Source: Marsupella aquatica (lineage: Eukaryota > Plantae > Marchantiophyta). Taken from it: a DNA stretch of 64,000 nucleotides. Position numbers and translations under genes: made by a program. The notes beneath the pieces are model-generated. The model was not told where the DNA came from. It was given only the letters and a program-made list of their open reading frames with translations, and ran no database searches. Below, in pieces: positions 14,445 to 26,700 of the stretch. The stretch is from positions 21,861,455 through 21,925,454 of the forward strand of contig OZ316897.1 of NCBI GenBank assembly GCA_973895155.1, given 5' to 3'. Every line of letters begins with the position of its first letter. Positions within the stretch are counted from its first letter, which is position 1.

Positions 14445-17400
14445 TGTCAAACACTTGCCAAGGAGCTTAAGCGGCTTTTCTCCCCAAAAGACTACCTAAT
14501 ACCTGCTCCATGTCATACCAGGGTCACAAAGGATTGACAAAACTTCTGAAGTGTGCTTACAATGTCCAATCACTCCATACATAAGTAGTTTCAACTCTCC
14601 ACTTCTAGAGAGGTAGTCCCCTTGACTACTTTTGTACTCACCCCTTCCCCTCTCCTCTACTCCAAGGATCAGCAAGGGGGATCTCCGCTCCAAGCTGTCA
14701 CCTTAGAGTAGATTCTCACACAAACACCCAAGAACCCCAAAGTACTTTCCTCTTCAAGCTTAAGTCTCCTCAAGACCCTCAAAGTAGTGTTACCCCTCAA
14801 CCTTGCCCCCCTGGCCTTGGTTTGGGTCCACACATCCCCTTTGAGCCCTAGAGAAGGCTCCTCTATCTAAGGACTCTTCCTCTTGTTCTTACTTCTTGTT
14901 AACACCACACACCAAGCAAAGTACTTTCCACCCTCAAGCTATAATCCTCTCTAAGTCTCAAAGTAATGCTATACCTTAACCTTGCCTCCTTGGCCTTGGT
15001 TTTGTACTAGCACATCCCCTTCAAGCTTAGACCAAGATTATACCATAGCATGGACTCTTCTCTTGCTCTCATATACTTCAAATGCACTCACACTTAATGG
15101 TCACAATGAAGATTGGTAAGTCTCCTTTTATTGCATCACCTTTACAACAAAAGTTCACTACACATTCTCCACACTAAGCATGGACCACCTCTCCTTTCTC
15201 AAGCTTAGCCCTACCTTGGCAAGGTAGAGATTTCACTTAAGAGATGAGACTCCCGGTCCCTAACAAATGAAAACTTCCTCCTTATATACTATCTCCTTCC
15301 ACATCACACCAAGCTTGACCTGGGGTCCAACTATACCTCCCCCAAGTCCTCCTAACACACAAAGTCCAACTCTATAGTTCATAGCCCACCCTACTACTTG
15401 CTATTTTGCCTCCTTCCAAGCCCTGGAATATGCCACACATGAGTGGTATGCTTTGACTTCCAAACCTACTCCCACTTATGGTCCTCCTCACCAGCTTACC
15501 AACCCACTTGAAAGCTCGCAAAAAGAGTGAGTGAGTCTCAAGTTGTGCCTAGTCAAAGTTGGCCTTATTTTACTTGTAACCCCTTTACTACCCTAAGTAA
15601 ACTACCCCCTATATTTACTTTTCTTAACTTGATGGCCTTACACCTTTGGCCAAAGGTAAGTACCCTTCTCTAGAGCCTAACTCAAGTGGTATGGGTGCAA
15701 GAAAGGTCAGCCCCTAAATCTGGTATTCATTCCCCTATGCCGACTTTGGTTTGCAAGTTGTCGGGACTCCCTCGTGGCCTCGGTTAAAAATATATTTGAG
15801 TGATTACTTTTCTGGGGTTCCACCTTCACCAGGGGGTGCCTTATCTTCCCCTAACTCAGCACAAAAAAATTTGGGCCCCAACGGATACCTCTAGCCAAAG
15901 TTATGCCCATTCTCCCAAGGCCTGTTTTTGGTGTAAAGCGGGTGTAAGCGGCGGCCCGATTACACTTACCTTACATGCCCCTTATGGGGATTCCACGTGT
16001 CATGAGGGGAGAGCACTCTCATTATACTCATGTTTCTTATGAAGAAATTGTAAGGACAGCAATGTTTGCAGCCATTTCTCTCTCGTGAATTCAATCTAAA
16101 ACCACAGCATTCTCTATTGGATTCTTTCTTGTGCAGCAGTCCAGCTGATCAGCCGCCAGCCCCTCAATTTCACAGCCACCATAGCTCACAGCCAGCCTAG
16201 TCAATTTCGCAGCTAGCCCACCTCTTCAATTTTGCCGCTAGCAACACAGTCAATTTCGCAGCTAGCAGCACAGTCACATCAGCGCATTTACAGCACAACA
16301 ACAGCAGATTTGAAGCACAGCAGCAGCAACCATAGCTTGATTCCTTCTCAGTCAAGCAGGTCTCTCTTCTCAATTTCGTAGCTGCCCACCTTTGCAATTT
16401 CGCAGCTAGCAGCAGCATCATTCAATTCAGCAGCATCAAGGCAGCAGCCAGCCAATTCTCATGAGCATCTCGTGCCTGATTAGTAGGAGCACCTCTAATC
16501 TAGTGTGCAGCTGTCATAGCAGCAAGCAGCCTTCCCAATTCAAAGCCAGCAGCGATCCTAATTTGCAGCCATAGCTCTTTTCCTTCTCAGCAGCCATAGC
16601 TTCTTCAATCAGCAACAGCCCTTGCTTCTTCAATCAGCAGCAGCCATTTCAATTCAGCCGCCCTTCCTTCAATTCAGCCGCCCTTGTGCTCAATTGATTC
16701 CTCAAGTAATCATGCAGCACCTTTGGACAGCCTCCCGGTGCTTGACGTCCTCACCAGCCTCGTGCTTGCTCCTCCTTGCCTCGTGCTCGCTCCTCCTTGC
16801 CTCGTGCTCGCCGCGTGATCGTCGCCCACGCGGTTTACACTTAGAAAAAAATACATTTTTTTTTTGGAAAAACAGCATTTTGGGGCGATTTTGGACCCCC
16901 CTCCAAAACTCACACATAAGTCCAAAAGGACTTCTGAGTAGCTCCACTGATTCTATGGACATAGGACTATGTCCGGGTTTACTAAGATATAAACAAAACC
17001 CTATAACAACTTTTCTAAAATTAGGCAAAGAGGGTCAAGTCTTTATGTCTTCCAAAATTCTTCTCAACTTTGAGATGCTCCCAAAAAGTAACCAAGTGTG
17101 ACAAAGTTGTCCCACAAGTTTCTAGGGATAGAGGGGACCATACTTAACCCACTTCCAAACTTGGAACCCCTACATTTACCCATCAGCTATTTTTCCCGGG
17201 ACCCGCTATTTGGTAACTTTGATTTTTGCCAAAATACTTATAACTCCTAGGTTAAGACCCCACTTGACTTCATACTTTTTCAGGGTTCCCTAGGGACCTC
17301 CCAGCACCCATGGGAGAAATATCAGCCAAAAATAAGATGTCCGGTGTCGGGTCATTTTTCGGTCCCGACTTAGTCGCCTATTATAACTAAGGACGGACTA

Positions 17401-17609
17401 GTTTCCTGCCCCTCCTATAGTAACTTGCTTACCCCTAGATAACTTTGCATAACTAAATTCCCTCTTACCTCTACTAAGCTTCCCTTCTTACTTAAGTGCC
17501 CTAAACCTAGCTACTCTGATAGCACTAAAACTTTTTCCCTAACTATTTCCTCTTCTAAACGAAAGAATGTCATGTTTCTCTACACTAGCTGACACTGAGC
17601 CATCCCACA
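14445..17609 (-). repeat. 3' LTR of gypsy B (3165 bp)
   Basis: Matches 23773-26912 apart from a 25-bp extra repeat unit near 16610. Confidence 0.95.
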
Positions 17610-17624
17610 TAGCCCCCTACTTAA
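17610..17624 (-). promoter_or_regulatory. Polypurine tract of gypsy B
   Basis: Minus strand TTAAGTAGGGGGCTA immediately before the 3' LTR. Confidence 0.85.
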
Positions 17625-17649
17625 GTGTGCAGCGTCCCCGCAAACACAC

Positions 17650-20600
17650 TTATTCCTGATTAAAGTACCTTTTCAACCTATCATGATGCACTCTAGTAGG
17701 GAACACCTCTCCTTCAAGAGTAGCAAGCTGAATTGACCCATTAGCATAAACCTGGTGAACAACATAAGGACCCAACCACCGAGTATGCAACTTGCCTGGA
17801 AAATGAGCATACCTACTGTCATAGAGTAATACCAGTTGCCCAGCAAGTAAAGAAGTTGGCTTCTTCAACTTCTTGTCATGATGTTGCTTCACTTGAGCTT
17901 GCTTCTTCTTCACTTGCTTGCTTGCCTCTTCCCGGATTTCCTCCAACTCCTCCAGCTGGTAAGCTCTCTCCATTAAACTCTGGTCAGCCTCCATTCTCTC
18001 CTCCACACTTACCCTCAAAGTAGGCACTTCAAACTCAACAGGTACAAGGGAGTGTTGTCCAAATACTAGGTAGAAAGGACTATGGCCGGTTGTGGTCTTG
18101 AAAGCAAGGTTGTAGGAGTACACAGCTGAGTATAATTTGTCATCCCAATCAGTCTTGTGTGCCGCCACGGTTTTGTTCAAGATCTTGCCAATGATGCCAT
18201 TAGCTCTCTCCGTTAATCCATTGGCCTTGGGGTGATAGGGGGTGGTCTTCCTATGCTTAATCAAGTAATGGTTAGTGAGCTCCTCCACAACTTCATTCAA
18301 GAAGTGAGTCCCCCTATCACTAACCAGCTCTAGAGGTGGCCCAAATCTGGTAAAAATCTGTTGATACATGAACCTTGCTACTGTGAGAGCATTATCCTTG
18401 CTGGTTGGTCTTGCCTCTACCCACTTAGTAGCATAATCAGTTGCAAGAAGGATGTATCGATTCCTTCTAGACCTGGTCACAGGAGTGATGGGACCTATGA
18501 AATCTATACCCCACTTCTCAAAAGGTGCAAGAGGTAAGATGGTGGTAAGAGGGTGATGCCTTGAGTGAGCTGGCTTACCTGTCCTTTGGCAAGGGTCACA
18601 TCCCCTCACAAAAAGACTTACATCCTTATGAAGTGTTGGCCACCAATACCCTGCATCAAGAATTTTCCTTGCTGTTGTTGCACTTGCATAATGGCCACCA
18701 GCCTCCTCCTCATGCATAGCTCTCATCACAATGGAGATTTCCTTCTTCTCCAAACACCTCCTTAGTCTCCCATCAACTCCTTCCTTGTGAAGGACACCCT
18801 TCACCAATAAGTAAGGTCTGATTTTTCTCAGGAAAACAGCAGCCTCCTCTTGGTTCAAATCTCTTGGTAGCCGGGTTGTGAGAAGAAATTGGATGATATC
18901 CAAATACCATGTATCTCCTCCACTTCCCACATGAAAGAGGTCTTCATCTGGAAACTGATCATCCACCTCCTTCAAGTCCTCTTCTCCTTCAATCCTTGAG
19001 AAGAAGTCTGCATTCCCATGCTTCTTACCAGGCCTGACCCTCACCTCATAATCAAACTCTTGGAGCAACAAGATCCACCTTGCCACTCTACCAGTTACAT
19101 CAGGTTTATTCACCATATACTTGAGAGCATTGTGATCAGTATGAAAGACCACCTTATAGCCCAACAAGTAGTGCCTAAACTTCTTACAAGAGTAGATGAT
19201 TCCTAGAGCTTCTCTATCGGTTGGTGAGTAATTCTTTTCAGCTGGTGCCAATAGTCTACTTGCAAAGTAGATAGGGTGATCCCTATTCTGGTCATCAAGT
19301 TGACTAAGCACCACACCAATACAAAAGCCAGACACATCCACATACACATGAAATTCTCTACTCCAATCTGGTGCTATCAAGATAGGGGCTTCAACCAACC
19401 TGTTCTTCAACTCCTGAAAACTTGCTAGCCTCTCAACTGAGGGTTCAACCTCAGCCCCCTTCTTAAGCATGCTGGTTAGGGGTAAAGCTACTTTAGCAAA
19501 GTCCTTAATGAACCTTCTATAGTAGTTTAAACATCCCAAGAATCCCCTCAACTCTGTCACTGAAGTTGGAAACTTGACAGCCATCCAAACAGCAACCTTC
19601 TCTTGGTCCACTTCTATGCCCTTCTTGGATACCTTGTGGCCAAGTAGTATCCCTTCTTCCACACCAAAGAAGCACTTCCCTGGGTGAAGCTTCAAACCAA
19701 CTTCCCTACATCTTTGGAAGGTCATCCTCAAATGTTCAACATGGTCCTTCCCCCTTCCAAAAACAGCAAAGTCATCTATGAATACTTCCAAGAACTTTCT
19801 CAAGTAGTCATGAAAGATATTCATCATCAACCTTTGGAACATACCAGGGGCATTACAAAGACCAAAAGGCATCCTCCGAAAGGCATAAATCCCCCACTCA
19901 GTAGTAAAGGCTGTCTTCAACTGGTCCTCCTTCCTTATCCAAATCTGGTTGTAACCTGAGTACCCATCTAGGAAGCTATACACTTCCCAACCAGCTACTA
20001 AATCAAGTACCATATCAGTAAATGGAATGGGATAGTGGTCCTTCTTAGTGGCCTCATTGAGTTTCCTAAAGTCTTGGCAAACTCGGATCTTAGGCTTACC
20101 ATCCAAGCCTGGTTTCTTTGGTACTATGACAATTGGAGAAACCCACTCACTATTCAACACAGGATAGATGAAACCTGCTTCCAGCAATTTGTCTATCTCT
20201 TCCTTCACCATCAAGGAGTACTTGGGATTCATCCGATATTGCCTTTGTCTCACAGGTGAAGCTCCTAGCATCAAGTCGATTCTATGCTCACCAAGTTCAG
20301 GGTTTACACCAGTAAGATCCAAGTGACTCCAAGCAAACACATCCACATATTCACCTAGCAAATCTTGGATAGTTTTCTCTTCACCTGATCCCAGGGCATT
20401 TCCCAAGTTGAAGGTCTTGTCTTGCTGGACAGAGATGGTTCTGTACTGCTCAGCTCGAATCACCTCCATCTTGTTCCTCATTGTGGAGTCAAAAGTGCCC
20501 TCAAGTTGTGCCAACCTCATGCCTCCATAGACGGGTGCATTTTCAGCACTTAACTCCTCCTTCTCCTTGCTTGAATGCTGGTCTTCCTGAGTCTCATCCT

Positions 20601-23600
20601 CCTCTGAGTTTGCAGCCTTCAATTGGTCCTCTAGCTCCTTTATCTTGAGCTTTAACAAGGCTAAGTGCTTAGCCTTTAACCTCTGGTCATTACTCCTTGT
20701 CTTGATCTCAACTTGGGCAGCACCCTTGCTGGTCTGATCAACCTCCTGAGCCATTGTGATAGTGTCTTCTTGGTTGCTCTCCTTGGCTGAGGTCTCAGCC
20801 TGCTTCACCTCCTCGAGACTGGTCACTTCACTGAGACTGGGCAGAGGTGAATGGCTGGTAAGAGCCTCCTGCTCTTGCTCCTCTCCAAACACTTCTTCTT
20901 CAGTCCATTGGCTCACCATGTTCAACATGTATACCTCATCCTCATCAGATTCAGATTTGGTACTCAACTCATCGGAAAGTTCAGAATCATATTCATCCAA
21001 CTCATCAGTAGTCTCTCCTTGATGCTTGTCATGACCCCATGAAACTGAAGTGGCTGGTTTGCCAAACCTAAACTCCTTCTTGCCCCAATCAGACACTACT
21101 TTGGCTCCATATAGCCAAGGCCTCCCAATCAAGATTGGGTAAGTAGATGGCCTTGCTGGTCTCATCACCAAGTAATTCAACAAGAACTCCTGCCCCCCAA
21201 TGAGAGTAGGTACTTGAGTAAGAGTCCCCACCGGTAGCACTCTTGCTCCATTTGCTAGCCTCATTGTCCTTGCTGTTGGCTGAAGTTTCTTGAAACCTAG
21301 TTGTTGGGCAGTAGCCTCAATCATGATATTCACACCTGAGCCTCCATCAACTGGTACATACGAGAGTACACACCCATTTACTTGAACATCAATCTCAGGT
21401 GCTCCAAGGTCTTCACAAACCATCATCACATCAGCTGGGGTACCAACCTTTGGAAGCTTCCTTCTTCTCCTTCCTACCAACATCTCCTTCAGTTGCCTCC
21501 TATACAAAGGGTTGTCTTTGATCAGCTGCCCCACTGTAGCAGTAACCAAACAATCTTTCACATCCTTCTTGATGTCATAAGAGGGTACCTTGCTGGTCTC
21601 TTTCTTCTCTTCCACCTCAGCTTTTTCCTTCAAAGCTTTAGCAACCTTCAGGTCTTTGTTGATGGCCTCTTGATGCTCCTTAGCCTCCATCTCCTCTAGT
21701 TGCCTCTTGACTTCCTCATTCACCTTGGGATAGAAGAGCTTCGGATGGTCTCTCTTGTAGTCACTATCTTCAGCTGGTGGGACTTGAACTTCTGCTCCAA
21801 CTTCAACTTCGATTGGTGACTCCGTTGAGTGCTCCTTTCTCTCCTTCCTCTTCTTCCTCTCTTCCACTCTTTCCTTCTTTCTTGTGGACCTGGTAGACAC
21901 CTTGTAACACACAGCTTCCTCCTCAGGTGTCTCCATTCCTGGTAGATCTGGCTGGTTCTCCCCACCAGCAACTTGTGTCACTCCATCTTTGGCCTCCTCT
22001 TGCCACTCCATACTCAAGAAGTTCACTGTGGCTTCACCGGGAGCCTTGGCAACCGCTGGTGGTGGTGCTTCTATCCTTCCTATCATCATCTTGGCAGCAG
22101 ATCCAATAGGACAGTTGGCTGTGGTATGACCCTCCCTTTTGCACACAGCACAAAGAGGATAGGGAGCTCCTTGTCCCTGCCTCCTTGGTTCGGGGCAACT
22201 GTTGGAATAGTGCCCTGGTTTTTGACAGTTCCAGCAGATCACCACGGTAGTTCTTGCCACTCCCCCAGGTCCTTGAGGTCCCATTTGATCCACCATCCTT
22301 GGTTGAAGACCAGGCATCAGTTGAGGTGCCATGGGTGGAGCTGGTCTTCCTTGCAAAGTTCTTGGGCCTCCTGAAATCTGGTACACCATCTCCGGGGCTT
22401 CTTCATAGAAGTAGTCCACCACTTCACTTGCTTGATAAACATCGTTGGACTCTTCATTGACATACTGAACTTGATTCCTCCAACCTTGACACTCTTGAGG
22501 TGTATGGCCAAAACTCTTGCACTTGACACACCATACATGGGCTCTATTCACCGGCACTTTTCTCCTATCAGGTTGCACACCAGCAAAGTGAACTGATAGG
22601 GCCTTGAGTTGGTTGGTGATCTCACTCATCTTGTTATCCATCACCTTCTTCTCCTTGGTTGCTGGTGTAGAACCTTCCACCAAGTTGAAGGTTGCAGATT
22701 TGTGGTGCTTACCACCTGGCTTCTTCTTGCTGGCTCTCCTCTTCTGGTCGCTTTTTCTCTTTGCCTTCTTCTTCTTCTTCTTCTTCTTCTTCTCGGAGTC
22801 CTCCTCAGAATCAGATTCTGAATCAGAACTGGAACTACTCTCCTCAGATTCCGACTCAGAAGTATCCTCAACTGAACTACTTGATTCACTTGAGCTAGAA
22901 GAAGAATCACTATAAGCAAATCGCTTCTTCTTTCTCCTACTCTTGGAACTAGAGATCTCAGCACTCCTATAAGACTGAGCCGCCTCAATGGCCTCATCCA
23001 ACGTATTAGGGTGAGATTGCCTTACTGAGACACCCATCTTCCTGGGTAGGCTTGCCACAAACCAAGCCAACAACATGGAGTCTACTGGTCTGGGGTCAAG
23101 CTTGGTAGCTAACCTTTGAAACCTTTGCAGAAACCTCCTTACTGACTCCTTGGATCCCATTCTGATCTCTCCCATCTTGATCAGAGCTTCCGATTCTTCT
23201 CCCACCTTCCTAAACTCCTGCAAGAATGCTAGCTTGAAGGCATCCCAATCATTCTTGATGGCATTTGATAGGCTATTGAACCAAGGTCTTGCTTCTCCTC
23301 TCAAGACCCCCGCCAAAGTGGTCAACTTAATATCAAACTCTCCATTGGCTTGGGCTGTCCCAATGAAGTCCTCCAACCAAGCATCAGGATCCTCCTTGGG
23401 CTTGCCATGGAATGTCTTGTACTGAAATCTTGCTCTTTGAGTCACCACCATGGCTGCTTCTTGATCTTCACTTGTGTTGGTAGTGGAAGAAGATGTATCA
23501 CTCCACCCTACACCAGGTTCCGCTTCAGCTTGCAAATGAATGTCCACCCAATCTGGTTGCTCCAACTGGTCACCAAAGTTGAAACTAAGAGAGGCTTCTT

Positions 23601-23718
23601 TTAGTGCTTGACTCCTTGTAGTGGGCATGCCACTCACAATCACCTTCTTATCTCCCTTCTTCTCTTGAACAGCAAACCTGCAAACACACCTCCAAGTCTT
23701 GTGGCTCCACTCCAACAA
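17650..23718 (-). CDS. Gag-Pol polyprotein of gypsy B (gag, 3 CCHC knuckles, PR, RT, RNase H, integrase); likely start ATG ~23628
   Basis: Knuckles CVKCKSFGHTPQEC, CWNCQKPGHYSNSC and CAVCKREGHTTANC. PR VDGGSG. RT FLDGYSGY and FIDD. RH VDVSG and TDH. INT HHCC, WGIDF, SDRG and GPY. No chromodomain and no extra RNase H seen. Confidence 0.96.
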   Translation of the reverse strand: MLEWSHKTWRCVCRFAVQEKKGDKKVIVSGMPTTRSQALKEASLSFNFGDQLEQPDWVDIHLQAEAEPGVGWSDTSSSTTNTSEDQEAAMVVTQRARFQYKTFHGKPKEDPDAWLEDFIGTAQANGEFDIKLTTLAGVLRGEARPWFNSLSNAIKNDWDAFKLAFLQEFRKVGEESEALIKMGEIRMGSKESVRRFLQRFQRLATKLDPRPVDSMLLAWFVASLPRKMGVSVRQSHPNTLDEAIEAAQSYRSAEISSSKSRRKKKRFAYSDSSSSSSESSSSVEDTSESESEESSSSSDSESDSEEDSEKKKKKKKKKAKRKSDQKRRASKKKPGGKHHKSATFNLVEGSTPATKEKKVMDNKMSEITNQLKALSVHFAGVQPDRRKVPVNRAHVWCVKCKSFGHTPQECQGWRNQVQYVNEESNDVYQASEVVDYFYEEAPEMVYQISGGPRTLQGRPAPPMAPQLMPGLQPRMVDQMGPQGPGGVARTTVVICWNCQKPGHYSNSCPEPRRQGQGAPYPLCAVCKREGHTTANCPIGSAAKMMIGRIEAPPPAVAKAPGEATVNFLSMEWQEEAKDGVTQVAGGENQPDLPGMETPEEEAVCYKVSTRSTRKKERVEERKKRKERKEHSTESPIEVEVGAEVQVPPAEDSDYKRDHPKLFYPKVNEEVKRQLEEMEAKEHQEAINKDLKVAKALKEKAEVEEKKETSKVPSYDIKKDVKDCLVTATVGQLIKDNPLYRRQLKEMLVGRRRRKLPKVGTPADVMMVCEDLGAPEIDVQVNGCVLSYVPVDGGSGVNIMIEATAQQLGFKKLQPTARTMRLANGARVLPVGTLTQVPTLIGGQEFLLNYLVMRPARPSTYPILIGRPWLYGAKVVSDWGKKEFRFGKPATSVSWGHDKHQGETTDELDEYDSELSDELSTKSESDEDEVYMLNMVSQWTEEEVFGEEQEQEALTSHSPLPSLSEVTSLEEVKQAETSAKESNQEDTITMAQEVDQTSKGAAQVEIKTRSNDQRLKAKHLALLKLKIKELEDQLKAANSEEDETQEDQHSSKEKEELSAENAPVYGGMRLAQLEGTFDSTMRNKMEVIRAEQYRTISVQQDKTFNLGNALGSGEEKTIQDLLGEYVDVFAWSHLDLTGVNPELGEHRIDLMLGASPVRQRQYRMNPKYSLMVKEEIDKLLEAGFIYPVLNSEWVSPIVIVPKKPGLDGKPKIRVCQDFRKLNEATKKDHYPIPFTDMVLDLVAGWEVYSFLDGYSGYNQIWIRKEDQLKTAFTTEWGIYAFRRMPFGLCNAPGMFQRLMMNIFHDYLRKFLEVFIDDFAVFGRGKDHVEHLRMTFQRCREVGLKLHPGKCFFGVEEGILLGHKVSKKGIEVDQEKVAVWMAVKFPTSVTELRGFLGCLNYYRRFIKDFAKVALPLTSMLKKGAEVEPSVERLASFQELKNRLVEAPILIAPDWSREFHVYVDVSGFCIGVVLSQLDDQNRDHPIYFASRLLAPAEKNYSPTDREALGIIYSCKKFRHYLLGYKVVFHTDHNALKYMVNKPDVTGRVARWILLLQEFDYEVRVRPGKKHGNADFFSRIEGEEDLKEVDDQFPDEDLFHVGSGGDTWYLDIIQFLLTTRLPRDLNQEEAAVFLRKIRPYLLVKGVLHKEGVDGRLRRCLEKKEISIVMRAMHEEEAGGHYASATTARKILDAGYWWPTLHKDVSLFVRGCDPCQRTGKPAHSRHHPLTTILPLAPFEKWGIDFIGPITPVTRSRRNRYILLATDYATKWVEARPTSKDNALTVARFMYQQIFTRFGPPLELVSDRGTHFLNEVVEELTNHYLIKHRKTTPYHPKANGLTERANGIIGKILNKTVAAHKTDWDDKLYSAVYSYNLAFKTTTGHSPFYLVFGQHSLVPVEFEVPTLRVSVEERMEADQSLMERAYQLEELEEIREEASKQVKKKQAQVKQHHDKKLKKPTSLLAGQLVLLYDSRYAHFPGKLHTRWLGPYVVHQVYANGSIQLATLEGEVFPTRVHHDRLKRYFNQE

Positions 23719-23734
23719 AAACTGTAAAGAGTTG

Positions 23735-23752
23735 TCCCCGGCAGCGGCGCCA
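23735..23752 (-). promoter_or_regulatory. tRNA-Asp-type primer binding site of gypsy B
   Basis: Minus strand TGGCGCCGCTGCCGGGGA, matching the Athila-type Asp PBS consensus TGGCGCCGTTGCCGGGGA. Lies 20 nt from the LTR. Confidence 0.8.
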
Positions 23753-23772
23753 AAAACAAGGGTGGGACTCTA

Positions 23773-26700
23773 TGTCAAACACTTGCCAAGGAGCTTAAGC
23801 GGCTTTTCTCCCCAAAAGACTACCTAATACCTGCTCCATGTCATACCAGGGTCACAAAGGATTGACAAAACTTCTGAAGTGTGCTTACAATGTCCAATCA
23901 CTCCATACATAAGTAGTTTCAACTCTCCACTTCTAGAGAGGTAGTCCCCTTGACTACTTTTGTACTCACCCCTTCCCCTCTCCTCTACTCCAAGGATCAG
24001 CAAGGGGGATCTCCGCTCCAAGCTGTCACCTTAGAGTAGATTCTCACACAAACACCCAAGAACCCCAAAGTACTTTCCTCTTCAAGCTTAAGTCTCCTCA
24101 AGACCCTCAAAGTAGTGTTACCCCTCAACCTTGCCCCCCTGGCCTTGGTTTGGGTCCACACATCCCCTTTGAGCCCTAGAGAAGGCTCCTCTATCTAAGG
24201 ACTCTTCCTCTTGTTCTTACTTCTTGTTAACACCACACACCAAGCAAAGTACTTTCCACCCTCAAGCTATAATCCTCTCTAAGTCTCAAAGTAATGCTAT
24301 ACCTTAACCTTGCCTCCTTGGCCTTGGTTTTGTACTAGCACATCCCCTTCAAGCTTAGACCAAGATTATACCATAGCATGGACTCTTCTCTTGCTCTCAT
24401 ATACTTCAAATGCACTCACACTTAATGGTCACAATGAAGATTGGTAAGTCTCCTTTTATTGCATCACCTTTACAACAAAAGTTCACTACACATTCTCCAC
24501 ACTAAGCATGGACCACCTCTCCTTTCTCAAGCTTAGCCCTACCTTGGCAAGGTAGAGATTTCACTTAAGAGATGAGACTCCCGGTCCCTAACAAATGAAA
24601 ACTTCCTCCTTATATACTATCTCCTTCCACATCACACCAAGCTTGACCTGGGGTCCAACTATACCTCCCCCAAGTCCTCCTAACACACAAAGTCCAACTC
24701 TATAGTTCATAGCCCACCCTACTACTTGCTATTTTGCCTCCTTCCAAGCCCTGGAATATGCCACACATGAGTGGTATGCTTTGACTTCCAAACCTACTCC
24801 CACTTATGGTCCTCCTCACCAGCTTACCAACCCACTTGAAAGCTCGCAAAAAGAGTGAGTGAGTCTCAAGTTGTGCCTAGTCAAAGTTGGCCTTATTTTA
24901 CTTGTAACCCCTTTACTACCCTAAGTAAACTACCCCCTATATTTACTTTTCTTAACTTGATGGCCTTACACCTTTGGCCAAAGGTAAGTACCCTTCTCTA
25001 GAGCCTAACTCAAGTGGTATGGGTGCAAGAAAGGTCAGCCCCTAAATCTGGTATTCATTCCCCTATGCCGACTTTGGTTTGCAAGTTGTCGGGACTCCCT
25101 CGTGGCCTCGGTTAAAAATATATTTGAGTGATTACTTTTCTGGGGTTCCACCTTCACCAGGGGGTGCCTTATCTTCCCCTAACTCAGCACAAAAAAATTT
25201 GGGCCCCAACGGATACCTCTAGCCAAAGTTATGCCCATTCTCCCAAGGCCTGTTTTTGGTGTAAAGCGGGTGTAAGCGGCGGCCCGATTACACTTACCTT
25301 ACATGCCCCTTATGGGGATTCCACGTGTCATGAGGGGAGAGCACTCTCATTATACTCATGTTTCTTATGAAGAAATTGTAAGGACAGCAATGTTTGCAGC
25401 CATTTCTCTCTCGTGAATTCAATCTAAAACCACAGCATTCTCTATTGGATTCTTTCTTGTGCAGCAGTCCAGCTGATCAGCCGCCAGCCCCTCAATTTCA
25501 CAGCCACCATAGCTCACAGCCAGCCTAGTCAATTTCGCAGCTAGCCCACCTCTTCAATTTTGCCGCTAGCAACACAGTCAATTTCGCAGCTAGCAGCACA
25601 GTCACATCAGCGCATTTACAGCACAACAACAGCAGATTTGAAGCACAGCAGCAGCAACCATAGCTTGATTCCTTCTCAGTCAAGCAGGTCTCTCTTCTCA
25701 ATTTCGTAGCTGCCCACCTTTGCAATTTCGCAGCTAGCAGCAGCATCATTCAATTCAGCAGCATCAAGGCAGCAGCCAGCCAATTCTCATGAGCATCTCG
25801 TGCCTGATTAGTAGGAGCACCTCTAATCTAGTGTGCAGCTGTCATAGCAGCAAGCAGCCTTCCCAATTCAAAGCCAGCAGCGATCCTAATTTGCAGCCAT
25901 AGCTCTTTTCCTTCTCAGCAGCCATAGCTTCTTCAATCAGCAGCAGCCATTTCAATTCAGCCGCCCTTCCTTCAATTCAGCCGCCCTTGTGCTCAATTGA
26001 TTCCTCAAGTAATCATGCAGCACCTTTGGACAGCCTCCCGGTGCTTGACGTCCTCACCAGCCTCGTGCTTGCTCCTCCTTGCCTCGTGCTCGCTCCTCCT
26101 TGCCTCGTGCTCGCCGCGTGATCGTCGCCCACGCGGTTTACACTTAGAAAAAAATACATTTTTTTTTTGGAAAAACAGCATTTTGGGGCGATTTTGGACC
26201 CCCCTCCAAAACTCACACATAAGTCCAAAAGGACTTCTGAGTAGCTCCACTGATTCTATGGACATAGGACTATGTCCGGGTTTACTAAGATATAAACAAA
26301 ACCCTATAACAACTTTTCTAAAATTAGGCAAAGAGGGTCAAGTCTTTATGTCTTCCAAAATTCTTCTCAACTTTGAGATGCTCCCAAAAAGTAACCAAGT
26401 GTGACAAAGTTGTCCCACAAGTTTCTAGGGATAGAGGGGACCATACTTAACCCACTTCCAAACTTGGAACCCCTACATTTACCCATCAGCTATTTTTCCC
26501 GGGACCCGCTATTTGGTAACTTTGATTTTTGCCAAAATACTTATAACTCCTAGGTTAAGACCCCACTTGACTTCATACTTTTTCAGGGTTCCCTAGGGAC
26601 CTCCCAGCACCCATGGGAGAAATATCAGCCAAAAATAAGATGTCCGGTGTCGGGTCATTTTTCGGTCCCGACTTAGTCGCCTATTATAACTAAGGACGGA

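Noticed and set aside
16130-16700. CRISPR-like or satellite array
   Set aside because: Degenerate short motifs inside an LTR, no constant repeat-spacer pattern, and a eukaryotic context.
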